Shown piece by piece: positions 10,246 through 24,001 of a DNA stretch of 64,000 nt; the stretch's first letter is position 1; each line of letters begins with the position of its first letter. The position numbers were made by a program, and so were the translations under genes. Under the pieces are notes generated by a model that did not search any database, was not told the DNA's origin, and saw only the letters and a list, made by a program, of their open reading frames with translations. This DNA is from Setoptus koraiensis (taxonomy: Eukaryota; Animalia; Arthropoda): positions 17,174,001 to 17,238,000 of the forward strand of contig CM106585.1 of the NCBI GenBank assembly GCA_048013815.1, given 5' to 3'.

Positions 10246-13200
10246 CATTTCATTTCATACCATTCCACTGACCACTGCACTGACTGGAATTTAATATGCC
10301 CATATTGGCGCCCACTCATATCATTGTTTGTTTGCGACACCTACCGCTCGGGCTCCATTCGACAGCCATTGGCAATTAACGGGCGCACCTAGTGCCGGCT
10401 AATACCCGCCTATGGCTCGTACCCATATACTGAGCACATAGCCGCATATAATACACATATAATCAGACGATATAAACAAGCGGCGGCCGCTATATATAAA
10501 TACCGGTATATATTGCGTTATACCTGGGCATACGCGCAAACCGGCCCGAGACGATATATAAATAAGTGGCGACGGCCGGCTCGACGCACAAAATGAAACA
10601 GTCACTTTTATTTGGGTCAATAATATGACGACGCCGGCGATAACGGTAAAAACAGTTTGTTGTACCAATAATAACAACACGCTGACCAGCATGAGCTGTT
10701 GTGACGGCACATTATTTATTTGCTGGCTGTCAGCGGCAATTTCTGCACTTGGTCAGCGCCCACGTTGGTCAGTTGTTGTTGTTGTTGTTGTTGTTGTTGA
10801 CTCAGTCAGTTTTGGTTATATGAGGCTCGTCGATATTGCCTGCGCCTCATATATACTGACCGCTCATACCGCGCAATACCGCGGTATATTGCGCGCGACA
10901 TGACCATTCAGTGGGTAGCCCGTTGTCAGTAGGTAATGGATATGATTTGTGTTGTGCCATAATTCATTCATTGCCGGCGAGCACACAATTGAGATGAGGC
11001 CCAGATTGGCACTTCATCATGATTCATGATCACCGTTGGCGCAACAGCAACAGCAGCAACAGCAACAACAGCAACACACATTTCGTGAATGGACGACAAC
11101 CGCTCAATGCGCCGCCAGCAGAGTGACCACTTGACCGCTACTCGATCATTGAATTGGCCCAATGCCAGCAGCGCCATTGTCCAATGTGGGCCAGTGGCCA
11201 GTGGCCAGCGGACAATGCAAGCCGGCGAGCAAGCCCGTGAATCATTAAGTCAAGTAGCCGCTGGCACACATACTGCTGGCACTGCTGGGCTTGTACGGCA
11301 CAGGTAATAACGGCCACGACGACCAGTCGACGGCAAATATAAGTGCATAAATGATGTAACTGCCACTGCATCATGACTGTTACGCAATGGCCGCTAGTGG
11401 GCAGGCAGGCATCGTCGAGTGAATGCATCATCAGATGGCGGTGCGGTGCAACGAGAAGGCGGCCGCCGCCGACGCCGCCGATGCCGCCGATGCAGAAATG
11501 GACTAATAAAGTAACATTGTCGTCACTGTGTATGATGATGATAACGGTCGCATTGTTGCGGACCTGATTGTGAACAATTGCTGCGAGATTGTTCACAATC
11601 ACGGCAGCGCCAGTCGCAAATAATTGGCTAGAAATAGATTACGTTATTATGTTATGTCGTCATGATATGTTGTTGTTGTTGTTGGCGCTGTCGGCGTTGC
11701 TGTTATTGTTGTCGGCGTTGTTGCAGTGCCACGTATGTGTGTTGCGCAATGGATTCCTTGGACAGATTGAATGGAATTGTTGGAAATGTTGGAAACGCTC
11801 GAAAGGCTGGAGAGGCTCGAAAGGCTCGCAAGGCTCGCAAGGCTCGAAAGGCTAGAAATGCTAGAAATGCCAGAAATGGAACCGTTAGATTGCGTTCGAT
11901 CGCTCGGCGCGCACAAACAATTGCCGTGGACGCTGTCGATGGGGGTGCGTTTCGCAACAATCGAACCGAAGCGGCCGAAGCGGCCAACCTCCACACGACC
12001 ACTGACGGCCGACAGTGGACACTCGATGACCAGTGACACTGTTACATAACGCGCCACTAACACATGACTGTTACACGACATAACTGTTACATAACATAAC
12101 TGTTAGCCGACGCATATTGTTACATGCGGGCAATATCGCACGTTACTAACGTGACGTTACGTAAGGGCGCTGGGGCGCACAAGTGGACACTGGCACTGGC
12201 AGCCACAACAAAGCGAGCGGGCGTATTCATTTGGCGGCTCAATGATGCTCGGGGGCCCCCGCTCAATATTGTGCGCGACATTTAGGCGCGATATCGTGGC
12301 CGATATGGCGCGAATATAGCGCATCGCATGATATAACTTAAAGTCGCACATTGGGCCATTGGGCATTCGGGCAAACAAATAAACAAAATTCATCATTCAC
12401 TCGAATGCGACTGCACCAATTGGCTCCAGAATTGGTCGGCCAATTGAGCCGGCCTGACCGGTCAACCAAGGCGCTCAGTTGAACCGATGATTATGCCCAC
12501 TGAGCACATGGGCGTGCCCCGGTGCCCCCGGTTGTTAGTGGAGCGCGGCCGACTACCTGTTAGGGTTCGGGTTGGCGCTGCGGCACGACGCCGGTAGGCG
12601 GCAACTTTGCGTCGCTGTGGGCCCGTCGTCTCGCAATTGTCGGCCGCTCGCCATTGTCGCTAATGGTTGCTCGGCGCTCGGGAGTCGGGCCGGCTCACGC
12701 ACCGAATTAGTCATCATCGAGCGCTCGAATCGCATTCATATTCTTCGTGGTTTCATATTGTCGCGTATCGGCGCGCATTCTCGCACGGTCATGTCATGTG
12801 TATCCGCGCGAGAATACGAAAACGCGAGAATATGAAAGGGCGAGAACGAGAATGAACGAGAATATCGCGAGAATATCGCGAGAACATGGATTCACGCGAA
12901 CATGAATGCGGCGCCGATTCATGAATGGCGAGCCGAAGATGTCAGCGGGCCGACGCTGACGGCGCAAAGATGCCACCGTCGGCACGCCAATTGCACCGGT
13001 CGACGAGGGGCCATTCATAATTACAAGCTTGCCCGCTGAGTGGCGGGCCGATGACCGCTTAGCTCGGTCACGGCGCGCCGCGTCGACATTGTTGCACGTC
13101 GACACAATCGGTGCACTTCGGGCCCGCTGACTGAAACATTGTGAGCGCCGGCACTTGAAACCGGCACTTACAATGTTTTTCAATGCTTCAGTGAGCGCGC

Positions 13201-15495
13201 GATGCCGGCTCCCATTCTTCGGCTCCCTTGACCGGCCCGTTGGCCGAACGTATGTGACCAGTGTGCGTCGGCGACCACTTGACCGCCGCCGCCCGTGCAC
13301 GAGCAACATCGCATCATATCGCTGACATCGCTGATATTGCTGACGATCATCGCTGGCGCTACATGACACATGAGTCATGTGACATGACTCATGTGACATG
13401 ACGCGATATGGGCTGGCCAGGTGAACGGTGCGCGAGGCCCGCCAAAACAACAGAGCAAAACAAAACCATGCTCATGTAAATGTCGCATGGCCGCACGGGC
13501 AGCCGCACGGGCAGCCGCATGGGCAGGTATCAGAGGCAAACAGGTGAGCAGGCGAACAAGTGAACAAGTGAACAGGCGAACAGGTGAGCAGGCGAACAGG
13601 TGAGCAGGTAAGCGGGCGAACAAGTGGACAGGTGAACAGGTGAGCTGCGGTCAGTGGCAGCATGCGCGCATCGCGTGCTTGTGGCTCAACAATGGTGTTG
13701 CCAATCGTGTGCCGACACGAGACGGGCGAGAGGCGGGCGCAAATGGGCTTGCGGTCAAGCGCAACCTGTGCAAACAATTGCCGCCGATTCACTTGACGCC
13801 GATTCATACCGTATCATACGCAATCATACGGCACCTTCTAACATTTCCTGTGATTGCCCGATGGGCGACACACCCACTAGCGATATGATTGCCCATCGCG
13901 CATTAGCTGTTGCCCGATGCCCATTGCCCGTTACCTGTTATTGGCTATGGCCGTGGCGGGCTTTGTGCCCAACAGCCGACAACCACCCGCGCCAACCCGC
14001 GCCAACCCGCCAAAACCCGCCACAACCCGCGCGAACCCGCCACAACCGACTGGCAACAATCGGCCGAGTTGGCCCAAAAGAAGCCGGCCCACACTCGGCT
14101 CAATGCATCGATGGGGCGACTTTCACTGTTGGGCACTGTGGGCGCAAGCGACTGTTTAAACTCGAGTTATAAGCGCACTTTTGAGCATTTTTGAGCACTC
14201 GAATGGCCTCTGGCGCCGCAAATCGCCAATCCGAGCCGCCGGACACGCCGGCCGACAAGCCGGTCACCGGCCAACCTAGGGCTCGCTCGCGGGCTAGAGG
14301 TCGCTCGTGGGCTGGGGGTCGCTCGTGGGCTACAAGTTGCAGTTGGACACAAGGTTAAATTGAGTGTGAAAATGTTGTCGTCGGCGCTGGGTCGCTGGTC
14401 AGCGGTGGCCGGTCGCTGGTCAGCGGCCACAATCAACAGCCGGCAGTGAAGCGTGCTGCGGTTGTTGGCGTTGCTGTTGTTGTTGTTGCCGTTGGTGGCG
14501 CTGTCCGGCGAGACATTGTTTGGTGTGGTGAGCGCAAACCTGAGCCAGAGACAACGATAAATGCGGATAAATGCGGATGAATGCGAATAAGTGATTTGCC
14601 GGGATAAGTGATGGCGTCATCGCGCAAACTGGGCCATATTTTGAGTGAACTCTTTACAGCAAAAGTGTTTGCGTAAAGTCGTTTGGGCGAGTTGTTGGCG
14701 GTTGCAACTGCTGCGTCCGTGCAACTGTGCATTTATGTGTATGACATGACAGGCCATTGCAACTTATTGAACAACTTATTACTCGTCCATTATGCTCGCT
14801 GCACCAATGATAATAGTGATTAATGAATTCATGCTGCCGCCGCGCGCCAACCGGTGCGGCCGACCGACGGGCCGACCGACCGACCGACCGACTGACCGAC
14901 CCCAAACGAGCACAAAATGAGCGCACAACGAGCACAAAACCAGCACAAAACCAGCACCAAAGCCATGACGCACAGCAAACAATTGGAATTTGGAATTTGG
15001 AAACTGGAAATTGCCCATTGACAAGCGCCAATCGCAACTCCATTAGCGCATGTGGCTCACATGACGCGAGCACCCATCGCATCATGTGAGGCCGAGCTTG
15101 GCCTCTGACCCCAACTCTAATTGAATGTGACCAATATTTGCAGCATTTATGCAAAGCAGCGCATTTGCAACATTTTGTCAATTTATTCGGCCAGTTTATT
15201 GCTTTGGCGGCCGGGCACGCGCCACCAGCGCCGGTCAGTGGGTGAGCGCACTGCCAACTCGTGCGATATTATTCAACATCACTCAATAATGTGCTCGCTA
15301 GTGCTCAGCGCTGCTCGATGCTGCTGACCAGCCAAACGGTTGGCAGTGCGCGCGTTGTCGACACGCTCAAAGTTTTGGGGTTAATGGGGCGACAGTTAAT
15401 CGATGCAACGCTCGCGAGTCGCCACCGGCCCAATTGTTGCCCAAATTGCGCATTGGCGCGCTGTTGCGCCGCTCTCGGTTCGCTCCGGCCAGCCG

Positions 15496-15585
15496 AGTCT
15501 GCTGACCAGAGTCCGCTGACCAGAGTCCGCTGACCAGAGTCCGCTGACTAGAGTCCGCTGACCAGACTCTGCTGACCAGAGTCTG
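15496..15585 (+). repeat. 14-nt minisatellite AGTCCGCTGACCAG x6.4
   Basis: Direct reading of units at a 14-nt period. Confidence 0.92.
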
Positions 15586-18500
15586 GTGCCAACCCGTTGC
15601 AACTTGCAACTGGCGCAATTTGTGGCGCGGCCGCTGGCCGCGAGTCGCGCGTGCCCTCGATAGGTGCCCCAATCAGAGTGCGCGACCGTTCGCGCGTCTC
15701 GCCGCAACAATTGCACTGCAAAGTCTCGAGTTTGGAGATTGTGCCGGCGAGAGGTCGCTGCGCGCCGTCAACTCGCGGGTCGCCACTGCGACGCGATCGA
15801 TCGCGACGCCCGAGATAATGATGAATGGGTCCCATTTGCGCAACATAAACTGAATTATGTAACGCGAATTATGTACGCGAATTATGTCATCGAAAATGAT
15901 TTCATCACGGCGCTGCGTCGCAACAGTCACGGCAGTTGCAACAGTTACGGCAGTTGCGGCGGTCGCGACGCGGCCATTATCCGCATTGTCATTATTGGCA
16001 CATCGTCGACGTTATCCAGTGCACGCGCTGGCACGAGCGCCGGCTCGCGCGGTCGCGAAAGGGGTAGCCCCATTAGTGCACACGGGCCCCACTTACGCCG
16101 ACAAGCGGCATTGGGCCGATGAAACCGGCCCAATGCGCCCGCGACTCGCCACCAACATATAACATACGTACCAATTCATAACATATGTGTGTATTGGCCC
16201 TTCGTTGGCCAGTTCCGCCGTCCGTCGGGTAGTTTGGCCGTCCGTTGGGCAGTTCCGCCGATCGGCTAGCGGTGGCTGTTCAGGCAGTTATGCCGATCGG
16301 GTAGCGGTGGCGATCGGGTAGCGGCGGCCATCGGGTAGTGGCGTCATCGCGTCGCGCGTCCATCAATAAACAGCGGCTGCAGACAGACAACAACATTTTG
16401 ATTATTGATTGAAAAGTTTAAGTGATAAGTAATAAGAGATAAGAGATAAGTGATAAGTGATAAGAGAGCCAGAGATAGCAACGTGCATTATGCAAACCCT
16501 TGCCGGGCCCCGGCCCCAACTGCAAACAGCTGACCTATAAATATATCCGACACGCTTCAGCAAATTCGAGCGCCGTTCGCATTAGCACACACACACACAC
16601 ACACACACGCTACAAGCAACATTAGCCGGCTACTCGTGGCGGCCGGCTCACGGCTCAACGTTTCATTAGTGAGCTCGCTGTGCTGGGGCCCCATTGAACT
16701 GGCGCCCCGACAGGCCGCAAGTTGCGAATTTGCGCTAAAAATGAGCCCGAATTTTCATTGATTGCAAGCTCATTTTTGATATGTTGCGCTCGCCGTTGGG
16801 GCCCCATTCGCAACAATAATTGCAATGAGAGTCTCATTATGAGACGCCAAACATGTGGCCAGGAACTTGCTTGGGCAGTGGCCAGGCCAACACACAATGT
16901 GCGCCGAAATGGGGCCCCATTTGGCAAGATGTTGAGCAGTTTGTGTTGTTTGCTGTTTGTAGTTTGTTGGTCGGCCGCTACGCTGGCACGTGGTCGGTGC
17001 GGCACGATATGACGAGGATGTGGGGCCACAAGCGGGCCAATTATGCAATATTTAATGTAACATGTTATGTTGGTGTGTGCGTGTGTGTGTGTGTCTGATA
17101 TTGCATAGAGCCTATTATGCAAATATCTGCGCGTGCAACATTTTCTCGTGGTGCGCTTATATCGCTGGTTGCAGGCGAACGCGGGGGCCGGCGCTGCCCT
17201 CATGACCCCTCGCCGGCAACGCCGCATCGGGTTCGCAAGGGTTAAGCGAGAGCGGTGGGCTTCTCTCTCGCCTCTCTTCCGCTTCTTTTCGCTTCTTTCG
17301 CTTCTTTCGCCTCTTTCGCTTCTTTCGCTTCTTTCGCCTCTTTCGCTTCTTTCGCTTCTTTTCGCTTCTTTGGGGCTCCTGCGAGCGCGAGTTTCGAGCG
17401 ATTGTTGCAAGTTGCCGTTCGACTCGAACAGTTCGAGTGCGCGAGTTGCAACAGTCACAACAGTTACATAATCGTGATTGTTGCCGCTGTGGCGCCGAGT
17501 CTCAGCTATCTCGGCCGGCCGATTGCAGCGACAGGCCGCTGACGCTGACGACGACGACGAGTTGCGACGATTGTAATTGAATTTATTATCATTACCATTG
17601 TATTGCGAGCGCAATCATTAAATGCAATTCAACGCTCCAAATCACCGGCGCGCCGTTCGCCGTTGCCGTTGTGGGCGAGATATGCCGGCGTCGTTTCCAT
17701 TGAGTTCCATTGAGCGAAATCACCGAAATCACTCAGTGAACGCGCGCGCAGCCTGAATGGGGGGCCTCAACACTCATGATAATAACTGACAATGATGATA
17801 ATAACACACAGCACACAGTATAATCCGTGCAATACTGTCTGTCTGTCTGGCAATATTGCATAATAGAGCAGCTTGTCGGCTTGCGCTGTGAGAGAGCGAT
17901 AATAACGAGTGGCCCCATTATAAAATGGAATATTCAATCGGGTATCAATGTTTGAGTAATCGTTGGCAGTCTTGCCAGGCCCACATATCCCGAATAGTAC
18001 CGAATAGCACCGAATATACCCAATATACCCAATATACCCAATATGCCAATGTGTATATAAAGTGTACGGTTGCCGATAACTGCAAAACTGCAAAACGCAC
18101 ACACACTGCCAACAGCCACGGAACCGAGTGAATAAAATGAAATGAAATTTTCCACTCGATTCATTTGGTTAATCATCGTCATTAGCATAATGCTGGCGCT
18201 GTTATTATTATTATCATTACTATTATTATGTTGAGAAAGATTAATTTGAATTTCTATTGGGCGCCGCGCGTTGCCGGCGCTGTGAACTATGAATTTAGCA
18301 CTAATAGTAGCATATGAAATTCTTGCCAAATCCATCGCTCCCATCGCAATAATAGTAACAGGGTGTCGATTCGCCGAAGCGTGCCCCAAACCAGTGACAA
18401 GCATCAAGTTGGGCCCAATCGTCCGCTCGCTTTGGTCGCTGGGGCCAAAGGGTCGCGCTGCGTTCGCTGCGGGCCCCAATTGCGCACAAATTGCGCACAA

Positions 18501-18894
18501 CTGGCCAGCCAGCCAGTAGCGACTAGCAACTGCAATTCGCTGGCTAGCCCATATTCTGATGATTATGGCCCACAGTCACTGTGGCACAGTGCACGAGTTT
18601 ATGCCGAGTATTATACGAGTATGGGGCCGCATCTCATACATGTGTGTGTTATGTAACTATCTCCGGCTTATACATGTAATTTCATTAGTCTTGTTCATTT
18701 TTAATACATTTAAAGCAACGACGCTTAGGCCACGGTGACACACGGAATAAATTATTATGCAATGATAGGCGCCACCTCGCGCGCATAAATGGGGCCCAAC
18801 AATAACTAACTGCAACTAAATATAACTTGTCGGCCGACAACGCGAGATTGCGAGCACATTATTGAGCGCGATTGGATTATCATTCACGTGATAC

Positions 18895-18922
18895 GTATAA
18901 TTGTCGTTGTCGTTGTTGTCGT

Positions 18923-18961
<39 letters not shown>

Positions 18962-19005
18962 CGTTGTTGTTGTTGTTGTTGTCGTCGTTGTTGTTGTTGT
19001 CGTTG
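18895..19005 (+). repeat. Compound (GTT/GCT/GTC)n trinucleotide tract
   Basis: Direct reading; source of the poly-Cys/Leu/Thr ORFs. Similar tracts lie near 28620, 29970, 31980, 33360, 36215, 45620, 55465, 62265, 62700. Confidence 0.95.
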
Positions 19006-20883
19006 TATCATCAGCACGAGAATAACAACATTGCATCATGCCATGTTGGCCTTCTTTTTTTCGCTCGTTGCCAGTCGGGCACACACACTTTGCAGTGCCA
19101 GCTTCTAACGGTTTGCAACAAACGCAAACTGATGGCAAGCAAGCCAAGCAGGCCAAGCAAGCATTCAAACATTCAATTGCCTTCATTTATTCGTCGTTTC
19201 ATTTCATTTCGTCGTCGTCGTTTCATCAGTCAGTTCAATTTGTTGGGGCCCGTGTAAACACACACGACATTCATCAGTGCCGACATTTGAATAATGCCGA
19301 CAAACTAAATAGTTTATTTGGACACACGACTGCCTGCTCATCATCAAAAGTTTTGCTACTGCTGCTGCTGTTGTTGTTGTTGTTGTTGTTGTTGTAAAAA
19401 AATCCATTAGAGACACAACGTTGTGACTTGCATTTATTCAAATTAATTTTTTGCTCTATCTCTGTTCAATTTTCCACTCAGCTCAACTTTTCAATTGAGC
19501 TGCGAGTCGCTACCGTTGCAAGCTGCAACAAAGTTGCTGTTCGAATGATACCAAGTTGCCGCATTAAATTGCGTTGCGAATTGAATCAAATTGAATTCAT
19601 TGATCATCATTTGCATGAAATTGCATCAGCATCAGCATCAACATCAACATTATCGTCTATAGTTCTTCACTTGTTAACATGACAACAAGCTCACCATTAC
19701 GCAATACGACGACGTGATATAACACAACTGTCAACTTGTACTCACTTATACTTCTCATGATCATTGGGGCCTATTGCGGCAATAGTGTTGCAGCAATAGT
19801 GTTACCGCTTGCACGTTGCCAGCTCACCCGCTAGTCAGTGCATTGTGGGGCTCCCCCCGTGAGATGGCGCCAGGTAAGACGCGGCGTGGCGCGCAACGAA
19901 AGGTGACTCGAAAGGTTGCTTCGACTGTCGCCGTTGGTGTTTGCATACTTGACAAGTATTGCTTGTGGGCCTCACAGCCGGCCGGGCTAGTTGCTGATCG
20001 CTGCGGATCGAATGGCAAAAGTCGCCAAAGTCGCCAAAGTCGCTATAGTCGCTACAGTCGCTACTACTGCCATAGCGACGCTATAGCCATAGAAGCGCCA
20101 AGAAACGGGCAACTTCGGTGGCGTCGAAATCAGATATTTGTGAATGGCGAGCTGGGGGTTTTATCGCGAAAAGTGAACTCTTTCGGCTGGCTTTTCGCTT
20201 CATTGCGCCCGCTGCAAAACGGGCGGCCACGACCCTGGGCGCCCTTCAGCTCACAAGCGGCAGCAGCAGCATTGTGACTGGCGGCAACAACACGACAACA
20301 TTGTGGCAATAATATCGAGCTCGTCATTATGACGGTCGCTTGTGACAGACAGGGTGCAAATGATGATTAATGGGGCCCACTAATGAAGGGCCCCAACGCC
20401 GGAGCTCGATTCCGTGAATTTCACTAACTTGATGATGAAAGTCGCTGCAGTGTCGGCTGGCTGGCCAAAGTGGCGCTATCACCAGTTATTAGTGATAGCA
20501 TCAATCATTTTAGATTGGCCGTCAGTGTGCCGATGATCGATAAGTTGTTAGCTTGCGTCATTTGCAGCAAGCATTTATGCAACTGCCTGTTATGCAACCT
20601 GTTATGCAATCACGATGATCATAATATTATGTTACTCGCTAGCTAGTGTGCGCACTCTGTCATGTTGTAACATGATATTGTAGTTATTATTATACATTAG
20701 GCGCAACTTGAGTGATTCAGACTCTCAATTTGGAGCCGGCCAGACAGAGGCGCCCTCTCTACACCCAATCGACTCGACTGAGTCGAGTTATACGCGATTT
20801 TGTTGCTGTTGGGGCCGCTTCGACATCGAAAATAATGAGCACTGCCGGTTCGAAGCCGTCGATGCGCTTTCAATGTCGACGCT

Positions 20884-20942
20884 CTTTCAGTGTCGATACT
20901 TTCAGTGTCGATACTTTCAGTGTCGATACTTTCAGTGTCGAT
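20884..20942 (+). repeat. 15-nt minisatellite CTTTCAGTGTCGATA x4
   Basis: Units at 20884, 20899, 20914, 20929. Confidence 0.92.
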
Positions 20943-21335
20943 GCTCCGTCGATGTTTGCGCCCCAAACGAACGGGTTCGGTCGCAGTGACCAGACTGCAA
21001 GCCTCCACTGGCAAATCTGCGATCTGTGCACGATGGGGCCACAAATTGAGGCCAAATCTATTCATTGTGCCAATGAAATGGGCGCTTTTCACCGGACAAA
21101 TTCACAATTTTCCCTGTTGCCAGTTTGCGAGTTTTTTCTCCAGTTTCCGGTCCGAGAAACAGTTTTCCATTGCAAACGGGGCGGGGGGGCATCATTCGTG
21201 CATCATTTTCCATTTGCCCATTCTGCTGTGCCGATGCGGTCCCCGGCGACCGGAGTCTGGCGGCCAGAAATCAAACCAACATACTCAGCGACCAATGGTG
21301 CTGCCACGTTGGCCAGCCCATGGGCCCTGGCGCAT

Positions 21336-21435
21336 GAAAAATTTTCATTGAAAATTTCGAAATTTGTTTTTCGGAAAAATTTCCATTGAAAATTTCGAAA
21401 TTTGTTTTTGGAAAAAATTTGAAAAACAAATTTCG
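21336..21435. repeat. About 38-nt A/T-tract direct duplication followed by a 14-bp inverted repeat
   Basis: Copies at 21336-21373 and 21374-21410; CGAAATTTGTTTTT (21396-21409) is the reverse complement of AAAAACAAATTTCG (21422-21435). Confidence 0.85.
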
Positions 21436-23900
21436 CCATTTTCCACAGCAAATTCACCGCTTTGGGCAGTGTAACGCATCCGGGCACGATTTTCAGAGGT
21501 TTTCGAGCGAGCGTTTTGCACGAGTTTCCGATGCAGACTCGTGAAAAAGCCCACTTTTGTAAGCGGAGATTTTGCCTGCAAATCGCCACTTCGCACTGCG
21601 AAGTTCGAAGCGATCCGCCGAATGGCCAGTGGTCAGTGGCAGCGGGCAGAAAATGTGGCTGCTTTATGATGTATATTTATGCGGGCCGGTTCATGTCAGT
21701 TATACGGGAGCGGTCAGTTTTGTGGCGTGTACAAAAAGATGAGGCTGCTCATTAGTGAAGCGACCTTTGCTATCAGTGCGAGCGTTGTATGAGGGCCGCA
21801 AGTGGCGCTTGTTTGGCCGGTCGGTTGTCGCCAGCGCTGAATTGAAGGGCAACAAATTGTAAATTGCAATTGTGCGATCGTCTGTCTCGTGAATGATATG
21901 TGTGACATGGCCACGAAATGGCCGAAGCGGCCAAAACGGACCAAGCGGCCAAAACGGAGCGAGCGGCCGAAGCGACGAAGCGGCCGAAGCGACGAGATGG
22001 ACAGTGCAGCGCACGGACAGTGCTCCAACGGACAGTGCTCCAGTTCGCAGACTGCGGTTGACATTTTTTTGTGTTCATTTATTTCTCCACTTGGCGCTGG
22101 CTCATTTTAATGAGCTAATAATTCAATTTTAATTGACACGTGCTGCGCCATTAACAAGCAGCGCGATCTTGATTCTGGACTCCAGAATCTGGAGAGCGCC
22201 GTTGCGCTCGTTTCGTTTCGCTGGCTCGGCTCGCCCGAACTCGGCAGCCACTCGAAGGAGCCTGCGAGACACGCGAAAATACAAAATCAAAAATCAAAAT
22301 TTCCATTGCTGACCCCAGCGATCAATGCCTGTCAGTTGGCGCACTGTCCGTCAGTTACTGCACTACTCGTCGGGTTTGGTGCTCGAGCGAGGGCTCGCCC
22401 CCGAGAGCGAACACTCGACTCGAGACTCTCGACTTGAGAGCCCTCGAAAATCGCTGCTCGGCCGCGATATCGCGGCTTGTTGGCGCGATATTGCGCCATT
22501 GTGGCGACTTGAGCACGCGGGTGGCCCGCTCCTTGCTCATTTAGCCCATTTAGTCACCTGTAATTTTTGGCTAAACGCTGCTGGCTAGGCGCTGGCAGGC
22601 GGCACGACGATGAACGTATGAAAAAGAATTTCGGAGAATTTCTGCGCCGGCTTCCACTTGACAGAAATTTGGTGGTCGCGCGCGGGGGCGGCCGCAATAA
22701 AAATATATAACTGCCAGATATCAACGGCGGCGACACAAGTTCAACGGTGGTTCAGCTGCTCGCCTATTTATCGCCCATCCATCTAATGGTAGCAGTATTT
22801 AGATTTAGTGGCGCACCACACACAAATAGCCCGACGAATAGCTCATCGCGGCGGCTGGCTCATCGCGGCGAACGGCTCATCGCGGCGAATGGCTCGACGA
22901 ATGGCAATTAGTGATGTGCTCAATGGTTAGAATAGGCTACTTTCAGTGAATTTCGGTGGTGATATTTGGGCAGTAGACGGTTTGAGTGTATTAATCGCAT
23001 GTATGCCGCAGCAACAGCGCGCATATAATACATGTAATATGCGGCTTGCGATTAGCCATAAAAAGTTGATCGGAAAGGCCAATCGCCAATGTCGCTTGAT
23101 TGTTGCTGCTGGCGCAAACTTGTCAACCAAACTGGACCATGTTAAATATAAAAATCATGACAACAACAACAACGAACAGGTGCTGTTGCTTATTAATTAG
23201 TGTGAACCACGCAATTAAGCCATGAATTTCATCGTTACTACCGATCAGAATGGAAATAATCTCGGCGTCGCTAAAATTGCCCAAAGTTTAGCATTTTGAG
23301 AGAGAGCATTGAAACATTTGGCAAACGTTTGGCAAACGTTTGAGTTGTCACAAATTGTCAAATGTGATTTGAGCATGTATGTGCTCAAATAACAACCGGC
23401 CGGTATGCGCAAACACATTGGCAAATTGGCCAACGCCAGCCGCTCCGATCAAATTGCTTGTACAAGCCGAGTTATGCCGGCCCAGAGATAATATATAAAC
23501 TTGTCGCTGTTGTTCGCCGTGCGCCTACAACGCTCAAAAATGAAAATAAATAAATTAATAACTAGATAAACGACGATTTACGATTTATTAATATTAATAT
23601 CAAGGTGAATTCATTCAGTCATTTCGCACAGACTACGAATCGCAGTACGAAATTGGTCGCGAACACACCGCCAAACGAGCAGTTGCCGCCATCCTACTGG
23701 CCGCACACAATATACACCTAATAACATGACGCAAGCAAGCAAACAAAGATTGTTATTATGTAACAGAACGATAATGCCGAAACAATCTTGTAAAGCGAGC
23801 ACAAGTGGCCATTCCAGTGACCGGCAGCGACACCGTGAGTGCATGCGAGCTCCATTGAGAGCGCCCGGGTCGAAGCCATGAGGCGACTGACCACTCAGTC

Positions 23901-24001
23901 CATACACTGTCCACATACACTGTCCATAGACACTGTCCATATACTCTGTCTAGAGACACTGTTCATATACTCTGTCCAGAAACACTGTCCATAGACACTG
24001 T
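23901..24001 (+). repeat. 13-nt minisatellite (consensus TAGACACTGTCCA) x8 with partial 26-nt alternation
   Basis: Units at a 13-nt period from 23901. Confidence 0.88.

Noticed and set aside
15792-15805. 14-bp palindrome CGCGATCGATCGCG and other 12-14 bp palindromes
   Set aside because: Several are expected by chance in 64 kb.
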